Shown: positions 8,016 through 18,547 of the stretch, piece by piece
Position numbering within the stretch: position 1 is the stretch's first letter
Layout of the letters: each line of letters starts with the position of its first letter
Source: Candidatus Saccharimonadota bacterium
GTDB lineage: Bacteria; Bacteroidota; Bacteroidia; Flavobacteriales; Blattabacteriaceae
Reading direction: 5' to 3'
Assembly: GCF_014251775.1 (NCBI RefSeq)
Contig: NZ_CP059199.1
Location: 30,001-62,000, forward strand
DNA: 32,000 nt
Translations under genes and position numbers: made by a program
The notes under the pieces: generated by a model
What the model was told of the DNA's origin: nothing
Database searches by the model: none
Seen by the model: the letters and a program-made list of their open reading frames with translations, nothing else

Positions 8016-10673
8016 ATGGAATATAAAATAATAAAAAATACTTTTATTAATTTTTTTAAAAAAAATAAACATAAAATTATACCTTCTTTTCCAATATTTT
8101 TAGAGAATGATCCGTCAAATTTTTTTGTTAACGCTGGAATGAATCCTTTTAAAAAATATTTTCTAGGATATGAAAAACCTAAATACAATAAAATTGCAAA
8201 TATACAAAGATGTCTTAGAGTAACTGGAAAACATAATGATTTTAAACAAGTAGGATATGATAATTATCATCATACTATGTTTGAAATGATGGGGAATTGG
8301 TCTTTTGGTGATTATTCTAGAGAAAAGGCTATAGAATTAGCATGGAATTTATTAATTAATATTTATAATATTCCTAGAGAAAATATATATGTCACAATTT
8401 TTATAGGAGATAAAAAAAATGATCTATCTTTAGATAAAGAAACTTTAAAATATTGGAAATTATTAATTCCAAATAATCATATACTTTTTTTTGGAAAAAA
8501 AGATAATTTTTGGGAAATGGGTGAATCAGGCCCATGTGGACCATGTACTGAAATACATGTTGATTTAAGAACTAATCAAGAAAAAAAAATAATTTTGGGA
8601 AAAGATCTCATTAATAAAAATCACCCAAAAGTAATAGAAATATGGAATTTAGTTTTTATAGAATTTTTAAGAAAATTAAATGGAGAATTAGAAGATTTAT
8701 CTATAAAACATGTAGATACTGGAATGGGATTAGAAAGATTATGTATGGTACTACAAGAAAAAGATTCCAGTTATGAAACTGATATTTTTTCCACTATAAT
8801 TAACGATCTAAAAGATCGATTAAAATTTAAACAATTAAATATTGATCAAAAAATATCAATACAAATTGTAACTGATCATCTAAGAGCAGTTATATTCTCA
8901 ATATTTGATGGGCAGATTCCATCTAATAATAAATCTGGTTATATAATAAGAAAAATTTTAAGAAGAGCAATTATTCATATAAATCGATTTTTGGATATAA
9001 ATATTTCTAATATTATAGATCTTTTTATAAAAAAAATGGAATTATTCTTTCCAGAATTAATCAGTAAAAGAAAATATATATGCGATATAATTGAAAAAGA
9101 AGAGATTTTATTTTTTAATGTGATTAAACAAGGAAATAAAAAATTTCATAATATTATTAAAAATTTAAAATATAAAAAAGAAAAAATTATTCATGGAAAT
9201 ACAATATTCCAATTATATGATACATATGGTTATCCTATTGAAATAGCCAAAATAATAGCTGAAAAAAATCAATTATCTATTGATGAAAATTTATTCCAAA
9301 AAAAGTTATTAGAACAAAAAATAAGATCCAAAAAAAATAGAAGTGATTTAGCTTTAAGGAAAGAAGAATGGATAAAGTTAGAACATAAAAATGTTAATCT
9401 TCACAAAGAAAGCATATTCATAGGCTATAAATATTTAAAATGTAGTTTATATATAACTAAATATAGAAAAGTTTTAAAAAAAAATAAAAATGAATATTAT
9501 TATGAATTAGTTTTTTCTAAAACACCTTTTTATCCAGAAAATGGCGGACAAATAGCAGATACAGGATACATATATAATAATAATGAAAAAATTTTTATTT
9601 TCGATACAAAAAAATTAGGATCATTAATTGTTCATTCTGTAAAAAAATTACCTAATAATATTTATTCTTTTTTCGATTCTTTTGTTGATAAAAGTAGAAG
9701 AAAAAATATAGAAAAAAATCATACATCTACTCATTTATTGCTTTTTTCATTAAAAAAAATATTAGGAAATAATATTGAACAAAAGGGGTCTTATATAAGA
9801 GATGATTATTTAAGATTGGATTTCTCTTATGATGAAAAAATTTCTCAAAAAAAATTAATTGAAATAGAAGATTTCGTTCAAAAAATGATTTTTATTAATT
9901 TTCCAATAAAAGAAAAAATATTTTCTTCTTTACAAGAAATTAACAATATAAATATTTCTTTTCACAAAGATTTTGAAAAAAAATATCAGGATAAAAAAAT
10001 CCGAATGATTTCTTTTGGTAATTGTCATGAATTATGTATTGGAACACATGTTAAAAATACTGGAGAAATTAAAGTATTTAAAATTTTGTATGAAAAATCT
10101 ATATCTCATGGAATAAGAAGAATAAAAGCATTAACTTCAGAAAGAGCAATACAATATTTAAAAAATTCATACAATGAATTATTTTCTTTAAAAAGAGAAT
10201 TAAATTCTGACTTTCCTATGAAAATTATTCTTCATTTAAAGAAAAAAAATAAAATTTTAGAAAAAGAAAATTCAAAATTTTATTTATATAAAATAAATTA
10301 TGTAAAAAAAGAATTCTTAAAGCAAATTATTTATTTGAATAAAATAAAATACATATGTAAATTCGATAATTTATTAGATTTAAATCAAAAAGATATAAAA
10401 AATATCGGTATTGATTTAATAAATCAATTAGATAATTTATTTATTTTCACTGGAATTATGAATGATAATAAATATTTTATATTTGTATTTATTTCAGATA
10501 GAATAATAAAAAAAATAAAAATTAATTCTAATAAAATAATCAATATTATTTGTGAAAATAATATTATAAAATCTTGGAAAGAAAAAAAATTTTCTGTAGC
10601 TATTCTTAATAAAGAAATTAAAATAAACAATCTTTTAAAGAAAATAAATAAATTTATGAGGAGTAATTTTTAA
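8016..10673 (+). CDS. alaS: Alanine--tRNA ligase
   Basis: Class II AlaRS blocks are present: NAGMNPFK, RCLRVTGKHNDF, HHTMFEMMGNWSFGDY, FWEMGESGPCGPCTEIH and GMGLERL. The editing-domain zinc motifs HTSTHLL and CIGTHV are retained. Confidence 0.95.
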   Translation: MEYKIIKNTFINFFKKNKHKIIPSFPIFLENDPSNFFVNAGMNPFKKYFLGYEKPKYNKIANIQRCLRVTGKHNDFKQVGYDNYHHTMFEMMGNWSFGDYSREKAIELAWNLLINIYNIPRENIYVTIFIGDKKNDLSLDKETLKYWKLLIPNNHILFFGKKDNFWEMGESGPCGPCTEIHVDLRTNQEKKIILGKDLINKNHPKVIEIWNLVFIEFLRKLNGELEDLSIKHVDTGMGLERLCMVLQEKDSSYETDIFSTIINDLKDRLKFKQLNIDQKISIQIVTDHLRAVIFSIFDGQIPSNNKSGYIIRKILRRAIIHINRFLDINISNIIDLFIKKMELFFPELISKRKYICDIIEKEEILFFNVIKQGNKKFHNIIKNLKYKKEKIIHGNTIFQLYDTYGYPIEIAKIIAEKNQLSIDENLFQKKLLEQKIRSKKNRSDLALRKEEWIKLEHKNVNLHKESIFIGYKYLKCSLYITKYRKVLKKNKNEYYYELVFSKTPFYPENGGQIADTGYIYNNNEKIFIFDTKKLGSLIVHSVKKLPNNIYSFFDSFVDKSRRKNIEKNHTSTHLLLFSLKKILGNNIEQKGSYIRDDYLRLDFSYDEKISQKKLIEIEDFVQKMIFINFPIKEKIFSSLQEINNINISFHKDFEKKYQDKKIRMISFGNCHELCIGTHVKNTGEIKVFKILYEKSISHGIRRIKALTSERAIQYLKNSYNELFSLKRELNSDFPMKIILHLKKKNKILEKENSKFYLYKINYVKKEFLKQIIYLNKIKYICKFDNLLDLNQKDIKNIGIDLINQLDNLFIFTGIMNDNKYFIFVFISDRIIKKIKINSNKIINIICENNIIKSWKEKKFSVAILNKEIKINNLLKKINKFMRSNF

Positions 10674-10701
10674 AATTAAAATTTTCTCATAGATTTTTAA
10701 A

Positions 10702-13467
10702 ATGTTTAAATTTGAAAGTAAAAAATATATGAATGATAGCTATTCTTTTCTAAATGATATACATATTATAGAATATCTCTATAATCAATATAAAATAAAT
10801 CCTAATTCATTAGATCCAAGTTGGAGATATTTTTTTAGTGGATTTAATTTTGGAAAAGAAAATTATGAAAAAATAAATATTCAATCCAATAAATTTATTT
10901 CATCGTTAAATATAAAAAAAGAATTTTTCGTATTAAATTTAATACATTCCTATAAAGAAATAGGACATTATTTTGGAAAAATAAATCCTATAAAAAAAAA
11001 TATAAAACCAAATGATTATTCTTTAGATTTAAAAAATTTTGGATTATCTAATAAAGACTTAGATATTAATTTTGAAGCTGGAAACTTAATTAAGTTAGGA
11101 AAAACATCATTAAGAAATATTATTAATTATTTAAATAATACTTATTGTGGATCTCTAGGAATAGAATATTTACATATTACTAATCCAGAAAAAATTAATT
11201 GGATAGAAAAATGGATCTATAAAAAAAAAAATAATTTTTCTTCAGAAGAAAAAAAATTTTTTTTAAAAAAATTGAATGAAGCAGTAAAATTCGAAAATTT
11301 TTTACATAATAAATTTGTAGGAAAAAAAAGATTTTCAATAGAAGGTAATGAATCAATTTTACCAATGTTGGAGGATATGGTAAAATATTCTTATAATAAT
11401 TATTTCACTGAAGAATTTATTATTGGAATGTCTCATAGAGGAAGATTAAATATTCTTACAAATTTTTTTGGAAAAGATTTATCTAATATATTTAATGAAT
11501 TCCAGGATAAAGAATATGAAGATAAATCATTTTCTGGAGATGTTAAATATCATTTAGGCTACTCCAGTGAAAAAAATATTTATGATACTAATGGTAATAG
11601 AGGTAATATAAAAATATATTTATTACCGAATCCATCTCATTTAGAATCTGTTAATCCAATTGTTATCGGAATGACTCGAGCTAAAATCGATTATTTATAT
11701 AAAAAAAATTTGGATAAAATAATTCCAGTTATTATTCATGGAGATGCTTCAATATCTGGTCAAGGAATTGTTTATGAAGCATTACAATTATCTAAATTAA
11801 AAGGATATCAAACAGGAGGGGCTATTCATATTATAATAAATAATCAAATAGGATTTACTACAAATGAGTTTGAAAGTCGTTCTACTTGGTATTGTACTGA
11901 TATAGCAAAAACATTTTCCATCCCTATATTACATGTTAATGCAGAAAGTATAGAATCTGTTATTCGATCAATTCGTTTTGCTATAGATTTTAGAATGTAT
12001 TATAAAGAAGATGTTTTTATAGATTTAATTGGATACAGAAAATATGGACATAATGAAGGAGATGAACCTAGATTTACTCAACCAATTTTATATAAAGAAA
12101 TTTCAAATCGTTCCAATTGTTATGATTTATATAAAGAAAAATTAATAAGAAATAATATTATAAATAATACTTTTTTAAAAAAAATAGAAGAAGAATATAT
12201 ACAAATCCTTAATAAAAAATATAAGGAATCAAAAAATATTAAATGGAATTATTTAAATAATTTTTTATTAGATGACAAATATTCTATTTTTAATAATGAT
12301 ATTTTCCAAAAAATAGATACAAAATTATCCGTTGATATTATCAAATATATATCAAAAATAGCGTTTACTCTTCCAAAAGAGAAAAATTTTTTTAAAAAAA
12401 CAAAAAAAATTTTTCAAAAAAGATTAGAAATGATTGAAAATAATCAAGTCGATTGGAGTATGGCTGAAATATTAGCTTATGGTTCATTATTATATGATGG
12501 ATTTTGTATCCGTTTATCTGGTGAAGATGTTGCAAGAGGAACTTTTTCTCAACGTCATATTGTGGTAAAAACAGAAGAAGAAGAAGAATTAATACTTCTT
12601 AATAAGATTGAAAATAATTCTAAACCGGTAAAAATAGAAATATATAATTCTCCATTATCAGAATATGGGGTATTAGGATTTGATTATGGATATGCTATGG
12701 GCAATCATAATACCCTAACTTTATGGGAAGCTCAATTTGGAGATTTTAGCAATGGTGCACAAATAATAATAGATCAGTATATCTCATCTGGAGAAAGTAA
12801 ATGGAAAATTCAAAATGGAATAGTTTTATTATTACCTCATGGATATGAAGGACAAGGTCCAGAACACTCTTCTGCACGTATAGAAAGATATGTACAACTT
12901 TGTGCAAAAAATAATTTATTTATAGTTAATTGTACTTCTCCAGATAATTTTTATCATTTATTGAGAAGACATATGAAATTAAAATTTCGTAAGCCTCTTA
13001 TAGTTTTTACTCCTAAAAGTTTATTAAGGAATAAAAATTGTTTATCATCTATAAAAGATTTATCTAATGGAGGATTTCAAGAAATTATTGATGATACTAT
13101 AAATGCTAATAAAGTAAAAAGAATCATTTTTTGTTCTGGAAAAATATATTATGAATTATTAAATAAAAGAGAAACTATTAGAAATAATAATACTGCTTTG
13201 ATTAGAATTGAACAAATTTATCCATTGAATATAAATAATATAAAAAGAATATTAAATAAGTATAAAAATAATATAGATATTATATGGGTTCAAGAAGAAC
13301 CAGAAAATATGGGTTTATGGAGTTTTATTTTAAGAAAATTAAGAAATATAATTAAAATTAAATTAATATCTCCAAACGAAAGTTCTAGTCCGTCAGTAGG
13401 ATCTTATAATGAATTTTTAAAAATTCATTATAAGATAATAGAAAAATCTTTTAATTTTAAAAATTAA
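10702..13467 (+). CDS. sucA: 2-oxoglutarate dehydrogenase E1 component
   Basis: SucA blocks are present: SYSFLN...DPSWRYFF at the N-terminus, [34 protein letters not shown] and [13 protein letters not shown]. The conserved N-terminus aligns better from the second Met (nt 10729), so the true start may be there. Confidence 0.95.
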   Translation: MFKFESKKYMNDSYSFLNDIHIIEYLYNQYKINPNSLDPSWRYFFSGFNFGKENYEKINIQSNKFISSLNIKKEFFVLNLIHSYKEIGHYFGKINPIKKNIKPNDYSLDLKNFGLSNKDLDINFEAGNLIKLGKTSLRNIINYLNNTYCGSLGIEYLHITNPEKINWIEKWIYKKKNNFSSEEKKFFLKKLNEAVKFENFLHNKFVGKKRFSIEGNESILPMLEDMVKYSYNNYFTEEFIIGMSHRGRLNILTNFFGKDLSNIFNEFQDKEYEDKSFSGDVKYHLGYSSEKNIYDTNGNRGNIKIYLLPNPSHLESVNPIVIGMTRAKIDYLYKKNLDKIIPVIIHGDASISGQGIVYEALQLSKLKGYQTGGAIHIIINNQIGFTTNEFESRSTWYCTDIAKTFSIPILHVNAESIESVIRSIRFAIDFRMYYKEDVFIDLIGYRKYGHNEGDEPRFTQPILYKEISNRSNCYDLYKEKLIRNNIINNTFLKKIEEEYIQILNKKYKESKNIKWNYLNNFLLDDKYSIFNNDIFQKIDTKLSVDIIKYISKIAFTLPKEKNFFKKTKKIFQKRLEMIENNQVDWSMAEILAYGSLLYDGFCIRLSGEDVARGTFSQRHIVVKTEEEEELILLNKIENNSKPVKIEIYNSPLSEYGVLGFDYGYAMGNHNTLTLWEAQFGDFSNGAQIIIDQYISSGESKWKIQNGIVLLLPHGYEGQGPEHSSARIERYVQLCAKNNLFIVNCTSPDNFYHLLRRHMKLKFRKPLIVFTPKSLLRNKNCLSSIKDLSNGGFQEIIDDTINANKVKRIIFCSGKIYYELLNKRETIRNNNTALIRIEQIYPLNINNIKRILNKYKNNIDIIWVQEEPENMGLWSFILRKLRNIIKIKLISPNESSSPSVGSYNEFLKIHYKIIEKSFNFKN

Positions 13468-13474
13468 ATTTTTT

Positions 13475-14605
13475 ATGATTGTAGAAATAAAAGTTCCTTC
13501 TCCAGGAGAATCAATATCAGAAGTAGAAATTTCTTCTTGGTTGGTAAAAGATGGAGATTATGTAAAAAAAGGCCAAATTATAGCTGAAATTGATTCAGAT
13601 AAAGCTACATTAGAAGTAGCTTCCGAAGAAAATGGAATTATCAAAATTTTTGGAAAAAAAGGGGAAAAAATTAATGTAGGTGATCGATTATGTTCGATAG
13701 AAACAATTGAAAATATAAAAAAAATTGTTTCTCCAGCTTCAAAAAAAATTTTAAGAGAAAAAAACATGCCTATTAAAGAAACAATTGGAACCGGAAAAAA
13801 TGGAAGAATAATTAAAGAAGATTATTTAAATAAAACCTATAATAAAAATAATGTTTTTTCAGAAAATAAAAGAAAAAAGATTATTACTCCTCTTTCTCTA
13901 TTAAGAAGAAAATTATCAGATAGATTAGTTAATATAAAAAATAAAGCTGCAATACTAACTACTTTTAATGAAGTAGATATGAAAGAAGTTTTATCTATAA
14001 GGAAAAAATATAAAGATCTTTTTGAAGAAAAACATGGAGTAAAATTAGGATTTATGTCATTTTTTACTCTCTCTTGTGTAAGAGCTTTGAAAAGTTACCC
14101 TGATGTTAATTCTATTATTGAAGAAAAAAATCAAATTAATTTTGAATATATTGATATTAGTATTGCTATTTCAGGCCCAAAAGGATTAATGGTCCCTGTA
14201 ATAAGAAATGCTGAAGATTTATCTTTTATGAGAATAGAAAAAAATATAAAAAAATTATCAGAAAAAGTTAGAAATGGTTCAATTTCTATTGAAGAAATGA
14301 AAGGTGGAACTTTTACCATAACTAATGGAGGAGTATTTGGATCTATGTTGTCAACTCCTATTATTAATCCACCTCAAAGTGCTATATTAGGTATGCATAA
14401 AATTGTAGAAAGACCAGTGGTAATTAATGGATCTTTAACAATTCGTCCCATTATGTATTTAGCTTTATCTTATGATCATAGAATAATTGATGGAAAAGAA
14501 TCAGTGGGATTTTTATCCTCTATTAAAGAATCCATAGAAAATCCAATTAAATTTTTAATGGATGGAAAAGAAGAAAATATTCCTAAAAAATTAGAATTAG
14601 TTTAA
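13475..14605 (+). CDS. sucB: Dihydrolipoyllysine-residue succinyltransferase (2-oxoglutarate dehydrogenase E2)
   Basis: The lipoyl domain carries the attachment site [12 protein letters not shown] peripheral subunit-binding domain is present ([32 protein letters not shown]). The catalytic domain has SYDHRIIDG. The gene starts 7 nt after sucA. Confidence 0.95.
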   Translation: MIVEIKVPSPGESISEVEISSWLVKDGDYVKKGQIIAEIDSDKATLEVASEENGIIKIFGKKGEKINVGDRLCSIETIENIKKIVSPASKKILREKNMPIKETIGTGKNGRIIKEDYLNKTYNKNNVFSENKRKKIITPLSLLRRKLSDRLVNIKNKAAILTTFNEVDMKEVLSIRKKYKDLFEEKHGVKLGFMSFFTLSCVRALKSYPDVNSIIEEKNQINFEYIDISIAISGPKGLMVPVIRNAEDLSFMRIEKNIKKLSEKVRNGSISIEEMKGGTFTITNGGVFGSMLSTPIINPPQSAILGMHKIVERPVVINGSLTIRPIMYLALSYDHRIIDGKESVGFLSSIKESIENPIKFLMDGKEENIPKKLELV

Positions 14606-14607
14606 TT

Positions 14608-15141
14608 TTATTTTTTATAATATTTTAAATTAAATTTTTGCATTTGTTTTCTTGTTAATTCTATTTGAACTTTTAATATTCCAGATACATCCATTTTTTT
14701 TGCTTCTGATAATAAAATTTCTGCATTTTTTTTATTCCCTTTTGATAAGGATGCTATAGCCATATTATATTTAGCTATAGCAATATTTTGTTTAAATTTT
14801 AGTCCAGAATCTAATGATTTTTGCATATAAAATTCTGATTTATTAATATTTTTATCTGAATAATAAATTCCTTTTAAAAAATAAAAACATGCTATTTGAT
14901 CATTAGTTAATTGAAGTTTAGGATTCTTTATATAATCTAAATATTTTTTTAATCCTTTTTTATTTTTTTTTCCTATTTGAATAAATGCTAGTAATAAAAA
15001 TTCATTATTAAACAAGAAAAAAATTGGAATTAATCCCAATGAAAATATAAAAGATCCAATATTATATTTTTTTTGATAAAAAAATATAATGGAAAATAAA
15101 AAAAATAAAAAGAATATTATAAATTTTGTATTTTTATTCAT
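14608..15141 (-). CDS. Hypothetical membrane protein: two N-terminal TM helices plus a TPR-like helical repeat region
   Basis: Hydrophobic segments FIIFFLFFLFSIIFF and FIFSLGLIPIFFLF are present. Two TPR-like units follow: ACFYFLKGIYYSDKNINKSEFYMQKSL and IAKYNMAIASLSKGNKKNAEILLSEA. I recognise no family. Its start overlaps the upstream esterase stop in an ATGA (15138-15141). Confidence 0.4.
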   Translation of the reverse strand: MNKNTKFIIFFLFFLFSIIFFYQKKYNIGSFIFSLGLIPIFFLFNNEFLLLAFIQIGKKNKKGLKKYLDYIKNPKLQLTNDQIACFYFLKGIYYSDKNINKSEFYMQKSLDSGLKFKQNIAIAKYNMAIASLSKGNKKNAEILLSEAKKMDVSGILKVQIELTRKQMQKFNLKYYKK

Positions 15142-15800
15142 TCGTTATTTTTTTTAATCCAATCAATTAAATCTTTATAATTTAACTCATTTAATGAATG
15201 TCCAGATTTATATTCTCTATAAGAAATTGAAGAAATTTTATTATTTTTTTTTAAAATTTCTATATCTTTTCTGATCCATTCAATAGGTATAATTGTATCA
15301 TTTTTACCATGAGATACAAATAGATCTATATTTTCTAAATTTAGATTTTCTATTTTATCCGATAATATTTTTTCTTCTATATATCCACTAAGAGAAATAA
15401 TTTTTTTTATTTTAGAATTTTTTAATGCTATTGCATAGCTTAATATAGCTCCTTGACTAAATCCACATAACCATACTTGATCATCTCTTAATTTATATTT
15501 CTTAATTGATTCATTTATAAAATAAGATATTTTATTAATAGAATTTAGAGCTTGCTTTACATTTATTATTTTTTTATTTTCTGAAAAATCAATATCATAC
15601 CAATAATATTTATAATTTTTTTCTATACAATAAATTCCTTGTAAACTTATTATAAAAAAATTGTCAGAAATATCTTTTTCAAAATGAAAAAGATTATTTT
15701 CATTACTACCATATCCATGAATCATTAAAAATAATATAGGAGTTTTATTGTTAGATTTTCTTAATCTATATCGAATAGAATAGTCTTCGTATAAGTTCAT
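15138..15800 (-). CDS. Alpha/beta hydrolase, phospholipase/carboxylesterase family
   Basis: ILFLMIHGYGSNE looks like an oxyanion region. The nucleophile elbow is GFSQGA. The Asp lies in SHGKNDTIIP and the His in KSGHSLN, so a complete Ser-Asp-His triad is visible. Confidence 0.75.
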   Translation of the reverse strand: MNLYEDYSIRYRLRKSNNKTPILFLMIHGYGSNENNLFHFEKDISDNFFIISLQGIYCIEKNYKYYWYDIDFSENKKIINVKQALNSINKISYFINESIKKYKLRDDQVWLCGFSQGAILSYAIALKNSKIKKIISLSGYIEEKILSDKIENLNLENIDLFVSHGKNDTIIPIEWIRKDIEILKKNNKISSISYREYKSGHSLNELNYKDLIDWIKKNNE

Positions 15801-15872
15801 ATATTAAATTAATATAACAATCTAAAATATATAGAATTTTATTTTAAATTTACCAAAAAAAAATTAGAATAA

Positions 15873-17066
15873 ATGAATTTATACGAATATCAAGGTAGAG
15901 AAATATTAAAAAAATTTTTAATTAAGGTTCCTGATGGAATAATCGTTTATAATTCAGAAGAAGCAGTTAAGGCAGCAAAAATACTATTTAAAAGAACTAA
16001 AAAAAAATCTTTAGTAATTAAAGCTCAAATACATGCGGGTGGTAGAGGAAAATCAGGGGGGATTCGAATAGTTAAAAATTTAACTGAAGTTTATCATGAG
16101 TCTAAAAATTTATTAGGAAAATATTTAATTACACCTCAAACATCAAAAAAAGGTATTTTAGTGAAAAAAATACTCATATCTGAAGATATTTATTCAAATA
16201 ATGATTCTGATAAAAATTCTTCTCCTAAAGAATATTTTTTATCTATCTTATTAAATAGAGATAAAGAAAAAAATATTATTCTATATTCTAAAGAGGGAGG
16301 AATAAATATAGAAGAACTTTCTAAAAAGAATCCTGAAAAAATATTTTCAGAAGAAATAGATCCATTATTGGGACTACAAATGTTTCAAATAAGAAATATA
16401 GCATCTAATTTAGAAATTAATAAAGATTCTTTAAAAAATTTTAGTAAATTCATAACATATTTAAATAAAGCTTATCATTCTTGTGATGCATTATTAATGG
16501 AAATTAATCCTTTTATTAAAACATTGGATAATGAAATTATACCAGCAGATATAAAAATTATATTAGATAATAACTCTTTTTTTCGTCAAAAAAATAATTA
16601 TTTAATATATAATAATTTTGTCGAAAAAAAAGTAGATGATTATAATTTCAATTTCCTTAAATTGGATGGAAATGTAGGTTGTATGGTAAACGGTGCTGGA
16701 TTGGCAATGGCCACTATGGATATGATAAAATCTTGTGGAGGTGATCCAGCTAATTTTTTAGATATCGGGGGATCAGCTGACGAAAAAAGGGTTGAAAAAG
16801 CTTTACATTTAATTTTAAAAGATAAATCAGTAAAAACTATTCTAATAAATATATTTGGTGGAATAGTACGTTGTGATACAGTGGCAAAAGGAATTATTAA
16901 ACTATATAATAAAATTAATCAAAAAATTAAAATTCCATTAGTGATTCGTTTACAAGGAACAAATGAAAAAAATGCTAAAAATATTCTTAATAAGAGTTCA
17001 TTACCTATTTATTATGCTAATGATTTAAAAGATGCCGCTAATAAAATAAAACAAATTGTATCGTGA
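15873..17066 (+). CDS. sucC: Succinate--CoA ligase (ADP-forming) beta subunit
   Basis: MNLYEYQGREILKKF forms the N-terminus. Other SucC blocks are KAQIHAGGRGKSGG, MEINP, GNVGCMVNGAGLAMATMD, GGDPANFLDIGG and INIFGGIVRCD. The gene ends in TGA at the expected length. Confidence 0.93.
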   Translation: MNLYEYQGREILKKFLIKVPDGIIVYNSEEAVKAAKILFKRTKKKSLVIKAQIHAGGRGKSGGIRIVKNLTEVYHESKNLLGKYLITPQTSKKGILVKKILISEDIYSNNDSDKNSSPKEYFLSILLNRDKEKNIILYSKEGGINIEELSKKNPEKIFSEEIDPLLGLQMFQIRNIASNLEINKDSLKNFSKFITYLNKAYHSCDALLMEINPFIKTLDNEIIPADIKIILDNNSFFRQKNNYLIYNNFVEKKVDDYNFNFLKLDGNVGCMVNGAGLAMATMDMIKSCGGDPANFLDIGGSADEKRVEKALHLILKDKSVKTILINIFGGIVRCDTVAKGIIKLYNKINQKIKIPLVIRLQGTNEKNAKNILNKSSLPIYYANDLKDAANKIKQIVS

Positions 17067-17080
17067 TTATTATATAAATT

Positions 17081-18508
17081 ATGTTATTGAAATATAGTCC
17101 TACAAACTGGAATAACATTATTGGACAAGATCATGTTATTCTTTCTTTGAAAAGAAGAATAAAAAAAAAAGAATTATCTAAATTGTTATTTTTTATTGGA
17201 AAAAAAGGAACAGGAAAAAGTCTATGTGCAAAAATATTGGCAAAAGAATTAAATCCTAATTTTTCAGAAATTAAAAATTTATTAATAATAATTAAACTTT
17301 ATAATTCTTTAAAAAATTCATCAAATATAAAAAAAACTCTAAATAATTTTTTTATAAAATTTTTTAAAAAAAATAATATATTTTTATTTGATGATATAGA
17401 TAAAATTTTTTTTATTAAAGATTTATTAAAAATTGCAGTAAAAATTCCCAATACTATTTTAATTATATGTAGTACAAAAGATTATTGTGTAGACTATTCC
17501 ATTTCAGAATATTCACAATTTTTTTTATTTAAAGAGATCTCTACAAAAAATATATTTTTTCATATTCAAAATTTATTAGAAAAAGAAAATATAAAAATTG
17601 ATAAAGAAGCTTTATTTATAATCTCTAAATATGCAAATGGATCAATTGGATATGCTATAAATACTTTGGATAAAATTATTTATTTAAATAATAAAAATAT
17701 TTTTTTTACAAAAAAAATAATATTAGATCAACTAGGTTTAGTTAATTCAAAACTATTCTTTATAATAATAGACTATTTATTAAATAATAATTTATATGAA
17801 ATATTTATTTTAATAAGACAAGAATTTTCTAAAAAAAAAGAAAATATTTACAATTTTATCATTGGATTAAAAATACATTTTAAAAATTTATTCTTATCTA
17901 AGAACATAAAAACTATTCCAATCATAGATGATGATAAAAAAATTATTAAACATTATATAAAACAATCAAATAATTTACCCTATTCAATTATAAATCATGG
18001 ATTAAATATTTGTTATAAAATAGAGAATAAATATTCTTTTTATAAGAAGAATAATATTGATTATAAGCATATTATATTCAACATAGAAACATATTTAATA
18101 CAATTATCATATATTTTTTCTTTTTATAAAAAGAATTCTTTAATTAGAAAAAAAAATTTTATTCAAAAAATATGGAAAAAATTTATCGATAATTTTTATA
18201 ATAATATAGATGATAAAAAATTACTTGAGTTATTATTTAAAACTAAATTCATGTTTTTAAAAGAAAAAATATTTTTAGTAATTCCATTGGAAAAAGAAAA
18301 TAATGATTGTTTTTTAATAAAAAAGAATTTTTTAGATTTTTATAAAAAGGAAATAAATGATCATTTTTTTGATTTTAAAATAATAAGTAAAAAAGAAATA
18401 AAAATAAAATATAAAAATAATAATCCTGAAATAAATAAAAAATCAATAGTATCTAAAAAAAAATTTATAAAATCATTAATAAAAATATTCGAATTAAAAA
18501 AAATATAA
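17081..18508 (+). CDS. dnaX: DNA polymerase III gamma/tau-like clamp-loader subunit, highly eroded
   Basis: The N-terminus KYSPTNWNNIIGQDHVILSLKRRIKKKELSKLLFFIGKKGTGKSLCAKILAKELN aligns with DnaX KWRPxxFxdvvGQxHVxxxLxnaixxxrlxHAyLFxGxRGvGKTsxARilAKxLN. Walker B-like FLFDDID is present, and NGSIGYAINTLDK corresponds to the SLRDALSLLDQ block. The 475-aa length argues for dnaX over holB, but holB is not excluded. Confidence 0.6.
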   Translation: MLLKYSPTNWNNIIGQDHVILSLKRRIKKKELSKLLFFIGKKGTGKSLCAKILAKELNPNFSEIKNLLIIIKLYNSLKNSSNIKKTLNNFFIKFFKKNNIFLFDDIDKIFFIKDLLKIAVKIPNTILIICSTKDYCVDYSISEYSQFFLFKEISTKNIFFHIQNLLEKENIKIDKEALFIISKYANGSIGYAINTLDKIIYLNNKNIFFTKKIILDQLGLVNSKLFFIIIDYLLNNNLYEIFILIRQEFSKKKENIYNFIIGLKIHFKNLFLSKNIKTIPIIDDDKKIIKHYIKQSNNLPYSIINHGLNICYKIENKYSFYKKNNIDYKHIIFNIETYLIQLSYIFSFYKKNSLIRKKNFIQKIWKKFIDNFYNNIDDKKLLELLFKTKFMFLKEKIFLVIPLEKENNDCFLIKKNFLDFYKKEINDHFFDFKIISKKEIKIKYKNNNPEINKKSIVSKKKFIKSLIKIFELKKI

Positions 18509-18547
18509 TAAATATATTTAATTACAATTTTTTTATAAAATAAAATT

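Noticed and set aside
17161-17170. The A10 tract in dnaX as a programmed gamma/tau frameshift site, by analogy with the E. coli A-AAA-AAG site.
   Set aside because: It lies at codons 27-30, before the P-loop. A frameshift there would abolish the whole protein rather than produce a gamma-like truncation. I treat it only as a generic slippage-prone homopolymer.
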